Shown here one piece after another: positions 32,288 to 41,665 of a DNA stretch of 64,000 nt (position 1 is its first letter; every line of letters begins with the position of its first letter). This stretch comes from Polyangiaceae bacterium. Its GTDB lineage: Bacteria; Myxococcota_A; Polyangia; Polyangiales; Polyangiaceae. The stretch spans positions 106,381-170,380 of the forward strand of contig JBNKBE010000006.1 in assembly GCA_050287085.1 (NCBI GenBank), given 5' to 3'. The position numbers and the translations under genes are program-made. Below the pieces are notes generated by a model that saw only the letters and a program-made list of their open reading frames with translations, was not told the DNA's origin and ran no database searches.

Positions 32288-32611
32288 ATACACCAGCCGC
32301 CGGCAAACCTAGCGGCCGCGTCCTCGAGCCCCGAAAGAAGAGCTGGTGTTCCACGTCGGCTCGCTTTGGCGATATCCCCCTTTCGCGGGCAAACTCGGGC
32401 TGGCCGGCACAAAGCCGAAAGTCGTTGGGAGTCCATGCGCGAAGGGTTTACATTCGTTTTGTCGTGCCGCCTTTGAGGCGGTCCCCGCGCCGGATTCCAG
32501 CTCAAACAGACGCGCCGCTTTCACAGTGGCGGCAATTCCAGCAGGAGCGGGCAGGCGCTGAGCTCTGCTCACCGGTGGTAGGGGGGACGTGGCAGGAGAA
32601 ACGGCCGCACT

Positions 32612-34435
32612 ATGAGTGACGAAGGCGAATCGGATCTAGAGGTGTTCAAGACAGTGGAGGGCATCGGTAGCAGTGCCCCCACGCCCCTTGCAAAGGGTGA
32701 GGGCCAACTTGGGACCACGCCGCCCAGCGTCGGTGAGAGCGAAGCTGGCAGCGCGGCAAGTGCCGACGCGGCCCTGCTCGACGACACGGAATTGCTGGAT
32801 GATCTGGATGATGACGACGAGCTCGAGGACGAAGCGCCCCCCAGCGGAGACGCCCTGCAAATCTTGTCCGGCGCGTCGTCACCTGCGCCGAGCCCGCTAG
32901 CGGCGGCCGTACCACCACTCGGACTGGCCCCACCGCCGAAACACCTAGCGGCCCCCAGCAGGCCAACTTTGCCTCCCCCCTCAGCGCCGGGCAGCTCGCT
33001 ACCGCCGGCAGCACTCATTGGCTCACGACCACCGGCCGGGCCAGGCAGTTCGCTGCCACCGGCGGCCCCGGCGCCGCCCCCGGGTCTGCTCCCGCCGATC
33101 TCTGCGGGCGCGCAGTCTGGCAGCGACGGCACTGGAGCACCACCCCAAGCCATCGGCTGGGATGATGAGGACGATCAGACCACCGTTTTCACGCGCAACG
33201 AGCTCTTGGGTGGCCTAGGCGGACTCCTCAACCCGACGATCCCGAAACCTTCTGGAGTGCCGGGCGCGCCGCCCCCCATGTCGCGCCCGAGCGCGCCCGT
33301 CCCCACCGCGCCGCACCAGACGATCGCCTCGCTGCGGCGAGCATCAAGCCCGGCCAGCACCCCGGCTCCCTCCTCCGTGCCCCCGACGGGAACCACGAAC
33401 CGAACTCCGCTTGTCTTCGCGGCCGTGGCAGCGGCCCTGGTCGCACTGGCCCTGTTCTTCGTGTTGCGCCCCACCCAAGGGGCGCTGACCGTGACGGTCG
33501 CCGGCCCCGTTGGGGAGCCCCTTGATGAGGTCCAGGTGTTCGTTGACGGCAAGAGCCGTTGTTCGAGCTCCCCCTGCAAGTTGGAGGAGCTCGAAGCAGG
33601 CACGCACATGGTCCACGCGGAAGCAGCCGGTCACCTCGGAACAGCCGATCGAGCGGTGACGATCAGCGGCGGACAAGAGGCGGTGATGAACATCAAGCTC
33701 GAACGAGCCGCCGGGACCGGGTTCCGCATCAGCGCCAGCGGGTCCGGTCATACGCTCTTCGTCGACGGCAAAGAAATCGGTCCACTGCCGCAAGAAATGA
33801 AGGACCTCTCCTCCGGCGACCACGTTGTGACGATCAAGAGTGACCACTACGAAGAGTGGAAGCAAACGATCTCCGTGCGTCCAAACGAGATGCAAACCAT
33901 CGGACCGCTGAAGCTCAAGGTCACCTCCGGCCTCGCCCACATCCGGGCAGGAGGCGGCGCCGACGGAGCTCGCATCGTGCTCGAATCCAATGGCGACCGG
34001 CGAGCTTTGCCCACACCTCCGGTCAACGTGAGCATCGAGACCTCCAAGCCCCACACCCTGATCGCAACCAAGCGGGGCTTCGAGACCTTCAGACAGGTGT
34101 TGGAGTTCAGCGATGGCGAGGCTGAGCGAACGTTCGAGATCGTGATGAATCAGAAGGCGGATCAGGTGCCCACCACGCCAGCCCCCAATCCTGTATCCCG
34201 CCCGACCCCCGCGGCGCCGACGGAAAGCACTGGCGGCAGCGGTATGCTGAACATCAACTCGATCCCCGCCTCCAAGATATTGTTGGACGGTCGTCCCCTG
34301 GGCAGCACCCCCAAGGTCGGTATTTCAGTCCCGGCGGGAAGCCACAGCGTGGTGTTTGCCAAAGACGGACAACGCAAGAGCAAGCGCGTCACGGTCCGCG
34401 CCGGCGAGACGGCAACCGTGGTCCATCGCTTCTAG
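32612..34435 (+). CDS. PEGA-domain membrane protein with acidic/Pro-rich cytoplasmic region
   Basis: One TM; repeated (V/F)DG...P...L..G.H.V PEGA-type units; C-terminal LNINSIP..ILLDG..LGSTP. Confidence 0.85.
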   Translation: MSDEGESDLEVFKTVEGIGSSAPTPLAKGEGQLGTTPPSVGESEAGSAASADAALLDDTELLDDLDDDDELEDEAPPSGDALQILSGASSPAPSPLAAAVPPLGLAPPPKHLAAPSRPTLPPPSAPGSSLPPAALIGSRPPAGPGSSLPPAAPAPPPGLLPPISAGAQSGSDGTGAPPQAIGWDDEDDQTTVFTRNELLGGLGGLLNPTIPKPSGVPGAPPPMSRPSAPVPTAPHQTIASLRRASSPASTPAPSSVPPTGTTNRTPLVFAAVAAALVALALFFVLRPTQGALTVTVAGPVGEPLDEVQVFVDGKSRCSSSPCKLEELEAGTHMVHAEAAGHLGTADRAVTISGGQEAVMNIKLERAAGTGFRISASGSGHTLFVDGKEIGPLPQEMKDLSSGDHVVTIKSDHYEEWKQTISVRPNEMQTIGPLKLKVTSGLAHIRAGGGADGARIVLESNGDRRALPTPPVNVSIETSKPHTLIATKRGFETFRQVLEFSDGEAERTFEIVMNQKADQVPTTPAPNPVSRPTPAAPTESTGGSGMLNINSIPASKILLDGRPLGSTPKVGISVPAGSHSVVFAKDGQRKSKRVTVRAGETATVVHRF

Positions 34436-34480
34436 AGGTGCGGCGCCAGCCGCGACGAGCCAGGGTGGACGCTCCGCGAC

Positions 34481-35392
34481 TCACTGCGCATCGACCAACG
34501 CGCCCCACTCACGCCACGACTTGACGCACTCGGCTCCGTCCTGATGGACGGGGCAGACGAAGGGATCGAAGCGAGGTCCCAGGATCAAGATCCGCTCCTT
34601 GCTCGCGTGCGGCAGATCGCGTTGCCAAGCCCTCCGAAAGCGCTCGTCACGCTGCGCGTATCGCTCGCGTTCCTCTTGACCGACGTACTTCTCGAGGATG
34701 GCAAGCGCCTCGGCGCGGGAGGCCTCATCGTCGTTGACAGCAATCGATCGCCGCATCATTCGAATCAGTGCGCTGCGCTCTCCCGCCGCGTTGAGGTACC
34801 GCGCCGCGCTTAGACACTGTCCCACGTCGCCGTCGCCCCCCTCGGATGCCAGCTCGCATGCCCGCGCCAGCAGTTTTGCTCCTTCCACCCGCCATCGTAG
34901 CTCGTCGTCGCGGTCCTTGAGGTTCGGCGCAGCCAAGTAGGCAATGTACTGACCGGCAGTAATGAACACTCTTCGGTTGTAGGGAAGGTTCTTGGTTCCC
35001 CGAAGGAGGATCGATCGCGCGCGCCAGTAGTCTTCCTCTCGAGGCGACATGGGCTGCAGTACGACCAACGTGTCCGCGAATAGATACGGCTCCGTAAAAG
35101 TCGGGTCCAATTCAGTAACGACATCTAGATAGTCGGCGGCCCGTTCGAAACGACGCTTCTCTTCAAAGTGCAGGCCATAGCTGACCAGCACATGAGCGTA
35201 CACGAGGTCAGCTACGGCGGCGCGGTGGCCCAAGCTGAGCAGCTTGGCCCCCTCGGGCCCGGGCAAGCCGTAGCCATCCGAGGTCTCTTTCAGCTGCGCG
35301 TGCGCCGCCGCGACGCGAGAGCGAGCGGGGCCAAGCACTAGCACCGCGCCCAAGAGCAATAGCCAGGGAACCAGAGCCCGCAGACGTCTCAC
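34481..35392 (-). CDS. Pilin-associated protein, myxobacterial PilG / Geobacter XapA-like
   Basis: LG.RAAVADL..., VTELDP.F..PY, SILLRG motifs recalled from this family; translationally coupled to a pilin-like gene. Confidence 0.6.
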   Translation of the reverse strand: MRRLRALVPWLLLLGAVLVLGPARSRVAAAHAQLKETSDGYGLPGPEGAKLLSLGHRAAVADLVYAHVLVSYGLHFEEKRRFERAADYLDVVTELDPTFTEPYLFADTLVVLQPMSPREEDYWRARSILLRGTKNLPYNRRVFITAGQYIAYLAAPNLKDRDDELRWRVEGAKLLARACELASEGGDGDVGQCLSAARYLNAAGERSALIRMMRRSIAVNDDEASRAEALAILEKYVGQEERERYAQRDERFRRAWQRDLPHASKERILILGPRFDPFVCPVHQDGAECVKSWREWGALVDAQ

Positions 35393-35874
35393 TCGACCTC
35401 CCGCTCGATGTCGATTGGATAAATAACGGGCTCCTTGCCAGCTAGCGCGCGGCCCGTGAGTTCAAAATGACTGTATATGCCGTCACCGTCGAGGTCCCCA
35501 TAGGCGTGGGCTCTGAAGGTCGACTCGTCAGCCTTGTTTTGGGCGTCGAAGGAGAATGAGAAGCAGTGCGGGTGCGAGAATTCGAATCCGAGCGCTTTCC
35601 ACGTTGGATGGTCCCAGATACCTGGTGCATCCAAGACGGCTTCTCCCCGCGGCACGACCTCGGGCGTCAGCGGCGCATCTCCGGGATAGGCGTGATCCAC
35701 AGGCTTGCCGGCAGCGTATTCATTGGCGGCGAGCCCTAGGCGCTGCAGCCCCTCCAAGGGCTCAGCCAATCGTGAAAAGTGCAAATTGCGAACAAACCCC
35801 GGTACCAAGATGGCCAGCAGACTGCCGCCAAGTGAGACGACTAGCACGATCTCCAGAGGACGTAGGGCGCGCAC
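35389..35874 (-). CDS. Pilin-like protein with atypical leader
   Basis: MRA|LRPLE: E5, P22 and F24 fall in pilin register; C-terminal GDLDGDG. Confidence 0.75.
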   Translation of the reverse strand: MRALRPLEIVLVVSLGGSLLAILVPGFVRNLHFSRLAEPLEGLQRLGLAANEYAAGKPVDHAYPGDAPLTPEVVPRGEAVLDAPGIWDHPTWKALGFEFSHPHCFSFSFDAQNKADESTFRAHAYGDLDGDGIYSHFELTGRALAGKEPVIYPIDIEREVE

Positions 35875-36025
35875 AGGGGCACCTTAGTCTGGCCTCGCAC
35901 ACTTGTCAGGTGTTGCGGTGCACAACCGGACGAGGAATACCACCGGCGAGCGCGTCACTTCAGACCGGCACCGACGCCGCCAAAGCAAAGCGAGGGCCCT
36001 GTCATGGCCAGTGCGGGGCGTCGCC

Positions 36026-36619
36026 TCAATCCCCCTCGATGTAGATCTCATTGGTCAGGCTATGAGTGAGCAACCAGGTTGGAATCCCATCTCCGTCCGT
36101 GTCGCCTCGCGCCACGGCGACGTAGAATGGCTCCACCGCGGCCGCAGGCAAACCAAAGTTCTGCTTGGATGTCGGCGGCGCCGGAAACGCGTCCCCGGTG
36201 TCGCCCGCCACACATCCATAACTAAAATACACTCCGCCGTCTGCGCTCACGCCCAGAGTTCGAAAGTTGGCGCTCGTCGTGGCGTTGTCCCCGTCCCCCT
36301 CCCAACTGCGCTTGAACGCACCGGGGGTAGTCGACGGATGGAGCTTCGCAAAGTCTCCAGAAACGTCAAGATAGCGGAAGGTTTCCTGACGGTAAGCCTC
36401 CTGCGCCCCGCGAATTGAAGCCAGCATGCCGGTGGCCTCTGACACGCGAGCGCGATGCACGTAGCGGGTGACGCCGTATGATGCAATCGCCCCTAGCACT
36501 CCCACAATGGCCACCACGACCATCAACTCAACCAACGTGAAGCCCTGAGCCCCGGCTCGGAGCGAGCGCCCACTCGTGACCCGCCCGTGCTTCGTCACCG
36601 CCAATTGCTTCGTCGCCAT
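36026..36619 (-). CDS. Type IV pilin
   Basis: QG|FTLVELMVVVAIVGVLGAIA; C-terminal GDTDGDG; alternative start at 36640. Confidence 0.93.
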   Translation of the reverse strand: MATKQLAVTKHGRVTSGRSLRAGAQGFTLVELMVVVAIVGVLGAIASYGVTRYVHRARVSEATGMLASIRGAQEAYRQETFRYLDVSGDFAKLHPSTTPGAFKRSWEGDGDNATTSANFRTLGVSADGGVYFSYGCVAGDTGDAFPAPPTSKQNFGLPAAAVEPFYVAVARGDTDGDGIPTWLLTHSLTNEIYIEGD

Positions 36620-36626
36620 CGGCTCT

Positions 36627-37208
36627 TCATTCCCCGTCATTGAGTGTCAGCATATTGCCGTTGTAGCTGGACGCCACGTAGTACCCAGGGGTCCCGTCGT
36701 CGTCCAAGTCCGAAACTGCTTGAATCACAAACCAGCTATCGTTCGATACCGTCCAGGCTTGACCAGGAATGACAAATTCCAGTGCGGTAGGGGTCGTCCC
36801 CGCCAAACCTGCCGTCACCAAATAGCCCATCCGGACAGGTCCTGGATCGACGGCGCCGAGCCGCAAGAAGCGAGCCGCGTCCGCGTGCGCGGCGCTGCCA
36901 GCCGGAAAGTAAAACGCCTGCTGATCCGAACCACGAATCGCGGCCGCGGTCGGGTCGCGTGGGTACCAATTGCCAGAAACAGAGGCATTGAAGTAGACCC
37001 CGTTGAGAGCGCGATACCGCTCCTCCGCCGCTCGCAGGGTCTCGATCATCGCCGTTGCCTCGACCGCGCGGGCCGCGGTGGCATGGGAGCGGAAGAAGGC
37101 CAAGGCAACGGTCGCGAGCACCGCCACCAAAGTCACGACCACCATCAGCTCCGCCAGCGTATAGCCGCGCGAAGCGTATCGTTGCTTGGCATCTCTACTA
37201 CGACCCAC
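36627..37208 (-). CDS. Type IV pilin-like protein
   Basis: RG|YTLAELMVVVTLVAVLA; C-terminal SDLDDDG. Confidence 0.9.
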   Translation of the reverse strand: MGRSRDAKQRYASRGYTLAELMVVVTLVAVLATVALAFFRSHATAARAVEATAMIETLRAAEERYRALNGVYFNASVSGNWYPRDPTAAAIRGSDQQAFYFPAGSAAHADAARFLRLGAVDPGPVRMGYLVTAGLAGTTPTALEFVIPGQAWTVSNDSWFVIQAVSDLDDDGTPGYYVASSYNGNMLTLNDGE

Positions 37209-37440
37209 CGAACCAGTATGGCAGATCCCACGCGCACGTGCATTTGCGTCTGTATGGAGGGTAAGGTGTGACAGCGGCGCGCACTTCGCCGCCCGGGCAT
37301 TTCAAAGCGCAGCAGCCGCCACTGCGGTGCAAACGGCTGGGCGAGGCGTCGGCGGCGCGACCGAAGTCACGTCTCCCGGCCGATCCGTTCGGACCCTGTA
37401 GAAGTGGGCGGGCGACGCCGTTTTGAGCTAGAAGCGTACC

Positions 37441-38877
37441 ATGGGTGATGTCACGCGACGCTTACTCGTGGTGGACGACGAACCAGGGCTGCGTCAGGTA
37501 CTGGATATCCTGTTTCGACGCGACGGATATGAGGTCATCTTGGCTCCCGGGTACGCAGCGGCCAGCGAGATCCTCAGGTCGTCGCCCCAACCGATCCCGG
37601 TGGTGCTGACTGACCTCGCAATGCCCGACGGATCGGGATTGGACGTACTCGCAGACGCGAAGCGACGCTCGCGGAGCACCGAGGTCATCTTGATGACCGC
37701 GCACTCCTCGGTCGACAACGCCGTCGCGGCAATGCGCTCCGGTGCGTACAGCTTCGTGACGAAGCCCTTCGAGCCGGCCCAGGTCGCCGCGATCGTGGGC
37801 AAAGCGTTCGAGGCCCAGGCCCTGGCTAGTGAGAATCAGCGCCTGCGAGCGCAGGTCGATGATGGAAACCGCAATCTTCTCGGTCGTAGCGCCTCAATGC
37901 GCCGAGTCATCGATCTGATCGGCCGCATTGCCGGCACGAGAACAACGGTCCTCATTACCGGCGAAAGCGGCACGGGCAAAGAACGAGTCGCTCGCGCCAT
38001 CCACGAAGCGTCGGAACGTCGGGAACGGCCGTTCTTGGTGGTCAACTGCGGCGCGTTGCCGGACAACCTGATGGAAAGCGAGCTCTTTGGACACGAGAAA
38101 GGCGCTTTCACAGGCGCTGTTTCGCGCCATGCCGGCATCTTCCGGGAAGCCCAAGGTGGCACGGTGCTGCTGGACGAGATCGGGGAGCTGCCGCCCCAGC
38201 TTCAAGTCAAGCTGCTACGGGTGCTGCAAGAACGCAGGGTTCGCCCCGTCGGCTCCGCGGCAGAGCAGGAAGTGGACGTTCGGGTGCTGGCGGCGACCAA
38301 CCGCAACGTTGAGGATGACGTTCAAGCTGGGAAGTTTCGGCAAGATCTGTATTACCGACTCAACGTCATACGATTGGAACTGCCCCCGCTTCGGGAGCGC
38401 CGGGAAGACATCCGGGCGCTGGTGGAACAATTCGTGACACGTTTCGCCATCGAGATGGGCAAAGACGTACACCACTTGACGCCCGACGCCCTGAAGGCGC
38501 TAGAGCGTTATCCCTTTCCCGGTAATGTCCGGGAGCTGGAAAACATGATGGAACGCGCGGTGGCGCTCGCCGGCGCCCGTGCGATCGGTCTCGGCGACCT
38601 TCCTCCAGAGGTGGGCGGCGGTGCTGCAGCTCCCTCCGCCGACCTGGTTTCGCTGCCGACGGACGGCTGCGCCCTGGACGAAGTGCTCGCCGAGGTCGAA
38701 CGACGGCTGCTGGTTCAAGCACTGGAGCGCACCGGAGGTGTCCGCAATCAGGCAGCCAAGCTACTCGGCGTCACCTTCCGTAGCTTCCGCTACCGGCTCG
38801 CCAAGCACTCGCTAGGGGACGACGAGCTCGAGCCGGAATACCGGACAACAAGCCCCTCCGATGCGTCGGATCTCTAG
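37441..38877 (+). CDS. pilR: Sigma54-dependent response regulator, PilR-like
   Basis: REC + GAFTGA AAA+ domain + PilR-type HTH ([16 protein letters not shown]); divergent from the pilins. Confidence 0.8.
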   Translation: MGDVTRRLLVVDDEPGLRQVLDILFRRDGYEVILAPGYAAASEILRSSPQPIPVVLTDLAMPDGSGLDVLADAKRRSRSTEVILMTAHSSVDNAVAAMRSGAYSFVTKPFEPAQVAAIVGKAFEAQALASENQRLRAQVDDGNRNLLGRSASMRRVIDLIGRIAGTRTTVLITGESGTGKERVARAIHEASERRERPFLVVNCGALPDNLMESELFGHEKGAFTGAVSRHAGIFREAQGGTVLLDEIGELPPQLQVKLLRVLQERRVRPVGSAAEQEVDVRVLAATNRNVEDDVQAGKFRQDLYYRLNVIRLELPPLRERREDIRALVEQFVTRFAIEMGKDVHHLTPDALKALERYPFPGNVRELENMMERAVALAGARAIGLGDLPPEVGGGAAAPSADLVSLPTDGCALDEVLAEVERRLLVQALERTGGVRNQAAKLLGVTFRSFRYRLAKHSLGDDELEPEYRTTSPSDASDL

Positions 38878-38956
38878 CTTATCGCTTGCGTGTCGGCGCC
38901 AGACGCTGACTGCATATCACTACCTGCCCGCTCAGCTTTTCGCTAGACTCACCCCC

Positions 38957-40573
38957 GTGCGGCCCCCTGGCAGACATCATTGGATAATCTGGTCTGCGTT
39001 GGCGGCGGTGCTCAGCCATAGCTGCGGCTCGCCGCGCAACGACCCGCCGAACAACCCCCGAGAGACTGACGCCGGCGCGATAGACGTGCCGCCGGTTTCT
39101 CTATCCATCACTTTTTCTCCGAGCGAGCCGCAGCTCGCTCCCGGTGACACTCAACGTATCCGAGTGACCACTGAGCCGGCTGGAGAGTTCAGCCTCCAAC
39201 TCAGTCTGCCCGTCAACGAGGTCTCAGGATTCCTCGACCGCGGCAGATTGACCACCAATTCCAAGGGGGAAGGCAGTTTTGCTATCACCGTGGCCCGAGA
39301 CGGAAAGCTGACGATCCGCGTGTCCCATGCGGGGTCCAGCAGCTTGCTGCCGCTCGAAGTCAAAGAACGTCCCGTCGGAACCCTGCTGGTGCAGCCTCTC
39401 TACGACGGTGCCCGCGCGGTGGACGAGTGGATTGTAAGCACCCGACTGACAGCGGAATGCTCCGACCTCGGCGCGTACGAACTCGGTCAAACCTTTGCTC
39501 GGGATGCCCCGATACGAATTGACAATGTCCGCGCCGGATCTCCGATCAAGCTGCTGATGCGAGGAAAGCATTACGTATACGGTTGTCGCGAAGTGAGCCT
39601 GGTGCCTGGCGTCGACAACGCGTTCGAACTGACCCTGAGCGACCGCCCACTGCAGCTGGCCGGACTCGACACGGAGCTCGCGCTGGGCTTTGAACGCACG
39701 ACTCAACTATCGGAACACCTGGAAGACACCATCACGGCCATGTTGAGCCCTTTCTTCCGCCACCAGAACGACGCGGGCGCGCTGCTCGAAGCCATGGCGC
39801 GCCGCGCGAGTGAAGAGCGTGACTTCGACTTGGCCGCCGACCGCTACGACTGGCAACAGGAAGCGGAGGCCCACTTCAACGACCTCGGTCAATCCCCGAC
39901 GCTACTGCGAGAACGCGCCGACGCGCTGCTGCGCCAGGGCAGCGAACTGCTGTTTCAGGCCAACGTCATCAGCTCGCACCTATCCGGTAGCGACCGCCTC
40001 GGAAGCGGCAGCTTCCAAGCGAGCACGGTGGCCGGCGTCGAGGCCAGCGCCTATTCCGTCGTCGCCGCCATGAGCGCGGCGTCGCTGGATGCCACCGCCC
40101 CGGAAGGCATGAAAACGGGCGAATACTGGGTGCGCGCGAGCTTTCAGTTTGCCTGGGAGCCTGCGACGCTGCTCGGCGGACTCGCCGCCAATAAGCTGGG
40201 TGATCCGGTCAGCGCCGGACTTCGGCCGGCCCTCTCGGAGGCGGTGGATTGCCAGGCGCTAGCGGCGCGTCTGCACGATGCACAGGCGCGCGTCGACACC
40301 GACGGCACCTTCACCGCGTCGGCGCTGACAGCCCTCTGCGACTCGGGTGTCGAGCTGCTTTGGGCCGATGCGCTGGGCGCGCCGAACAATCGCGCAGTCC
40401 TCAACGTAGGAGCGGCCGGCGCGGCCGCCCCGGTGAGCGAAGTTGCCATTCCGCTGGGTTTCTCGGGCGATTGGGCGGGCTCTCTATACGTCGTGCCGCG
40501 GGACGTAGAGCCCACTGCCAATGAACCGTCGCTGCCCGTTCGGGGACAGTTCAATGCCTCGCAAGCCGAATAG
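38957..40573 (+). CDS. Hypothetical lipoprotein
   Basis: Hydrophobic leader ending LSHSC; start re-called at GTG 38957 (TAGACT 7 nt upstream). Confidence 0.65.
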   Translation: MRPPGRHHWIIWSALAAVLSHSCGSPRNDPPNNPRETDAGAIDVPPVSLSITFSPSEPQLAPGDTQRIRVTTEPAGEFSLQLSLPVNEVSGFLDRGRLTTNSKGEGSFAITVARDGKLTIRVSHAGSSSLLPLEVKERPVGTLLVQPLYDGARAVDEWIVSTRLTAECSDLGAYELGQTFARDAPIRIDNVRAGSPIKLLMRGKHYVYGCREVSLVPGVDNAFELTLSDRPLQLAGLDTELALGFERTTQLSEHLEDTITAMLSPFFRHQNDAGALLEAMARRASEERDFDLAADRYDWQQEAEAHFNDLGQSPTLLRERADALLRQGSELLFQANVISSHLSGSDRLGSGSFQASTVAGVEASAYSVVAAMSAASLDATAPEGMKTGEYWVRASFQFAWEPATLLGGLAANKLGDPVSAGLRPALSEAVDCQALAARLHDAQARVDTDGTFTASALTALCDSGVELLWADALGAPNNRAVLNVGAAGAAAPVSEVAIPLGFSGDWAGSLYVVPRDVEPTANEPSLPVRGQFNASQAE

Positions 40574-40623
40574 CCAGCGCGTTCACGGTCCGCAAGGCTG
40601 TTGGGAGGGCTCGCTCCCATCCC

Positions 40624-41520
40624 TCAGCGGCGGCGTTGCTGTAGCAGCTCGAGCGCCCGCTGATTGCGCCAAGCATCTGAGTTGAGAGACAAAGCGATCG
40701 ACGCGAACGAAAACACGACCAACGCGCTGGCAGCCCACTTGAGAAAGCGGCTCCGACGCCACGGTCGATTGTCGCGCGCGAACCAATAGCCCAATAGCCC
40801 CCCGGCAAGACCACCCCCCAAGTGGGCCGCATTGTTCAGGGGAAAAATGAGCGACAGCAACACCGTGTACACCACGACGCGGGAGACCACCGTCTTCCAC
40901 CGGGTGTCCTTTCTGAAGTAGAGCTCTCCCACCCAGGCACCGAGCAGCCCACACAGCCCACCGCTGATGCCAACCGTTACCGGAGCATGCTGCATGCGCA
41001 GCATGCTCAATTCCGGCAGCTCACAATAGACGGCCGCGGAAGCCCAATGGGAATACCAAAGCTGACTGGCGAAAAACCCGATGGCAACGGATACCAGCAA
41101 TACCAAAGCGTAACGCACCGACCCAAGGGTGGGCTCCAGAAGACGTCCGAGATCAACCAAGGCCATGAGGTTCATTGCCAAATGGAGAACTCCCGCGTGT
41201 AGGAACATGGGGGATAGCAGCCGCCAGGGTTCGTCGAAACCATCACACGCCCGGAGCGCCCCCCAGCGGAGAATCGAAGAGCGGGTGAAGCCCCCCATCA
41301 GGCCGCCCGAGCCTCCCTCCAACACCAATGCCAGGTAGATGAGAAGGCATGCCCCCACATAGAGACGGGTGACCGGGACTGCTTCCCCCAAGAGCGCGGT
41401 CCACAACGAGTGCAGGGTGCTTTCCCACCCCCGCGGAAACGACGCCCCACATCGGTAACACTCGGATTGCTCGGCGCTGTTGAGCCCACCGCATTGCCGA
41501 CACACCTTGGATCGAAGCAT
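40624..41520 (-). CDS. Rhomboid intramembrane serine protease with N-terminal zinc ribbon
   Basis: CRQC..CYRC; WRL, HL.MN, GISG, AHLGG. Confidence 0.93.
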   Translation of the reverse strand: MLRSKVCRQCGGLNSAEQSECYRCGASFPRGWESTLHSLWTALLGEAVPVTRLYVGACLLIYLALVLEGGSGGLMGGFTRSSILRWGALRACDGFDEPWRLLSPMFLHAGVLHLAMNLMALVDLGRLLEPTLGSVRYALVLLVSVAIGFFASQLWYSHWASAAVYCELPELSMLRMQHAPVTVGISGGLCGLLGAWVGELYFRKDTRWKTVVSRVVVYTVLLSLIFPLNNAAHLGGGLAGGLLGYWFARDNRPWRRSRFLKWAASALVVFSFASIALSLNSDAWRNQRALELLQQRRR

Positions 41521-41527
41521 CGTGCTG

Positions 41528-41556
41528 CTGGTAGGAGGTCACCTAGCGGATGTCAA
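41528..41556 (-). promoter_or_regulatory. Sigma70-type promoter, leaderless geometry
   Basis: TTGACA-N17-TACCAG-N7-ATG. Confidence 0.55.
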
Positions 41557-41665
41557 ATACCTACATAGGCGCGCGTCGTCAGCACCTGATGCCTCGAACT
41601 GTGGACCGACAATTTCGCGCTTCTTCTCGCGCGTTTGACGGTTCGGTGCCACGCTCCTAGGACTC

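Noticed and set aside
32387..32440. GGGCAAA...GCACAAAGCC resembling a c-di-GMP-I riboswitch
   Set aside because: No GNRA-capped P2 stem and no recognisable P3.
36026..37208. Pilins as conductive e-pili
   Set aside because: They are long pilins with only a partial match to the aromatic positions, and conductivity cannot be inferred from sequence.
37306..37321. Sigma54 promoter for the pilins
   Set aside because: Only bare GG-N10-GC with poor flanks; likely by chance at this GC content.
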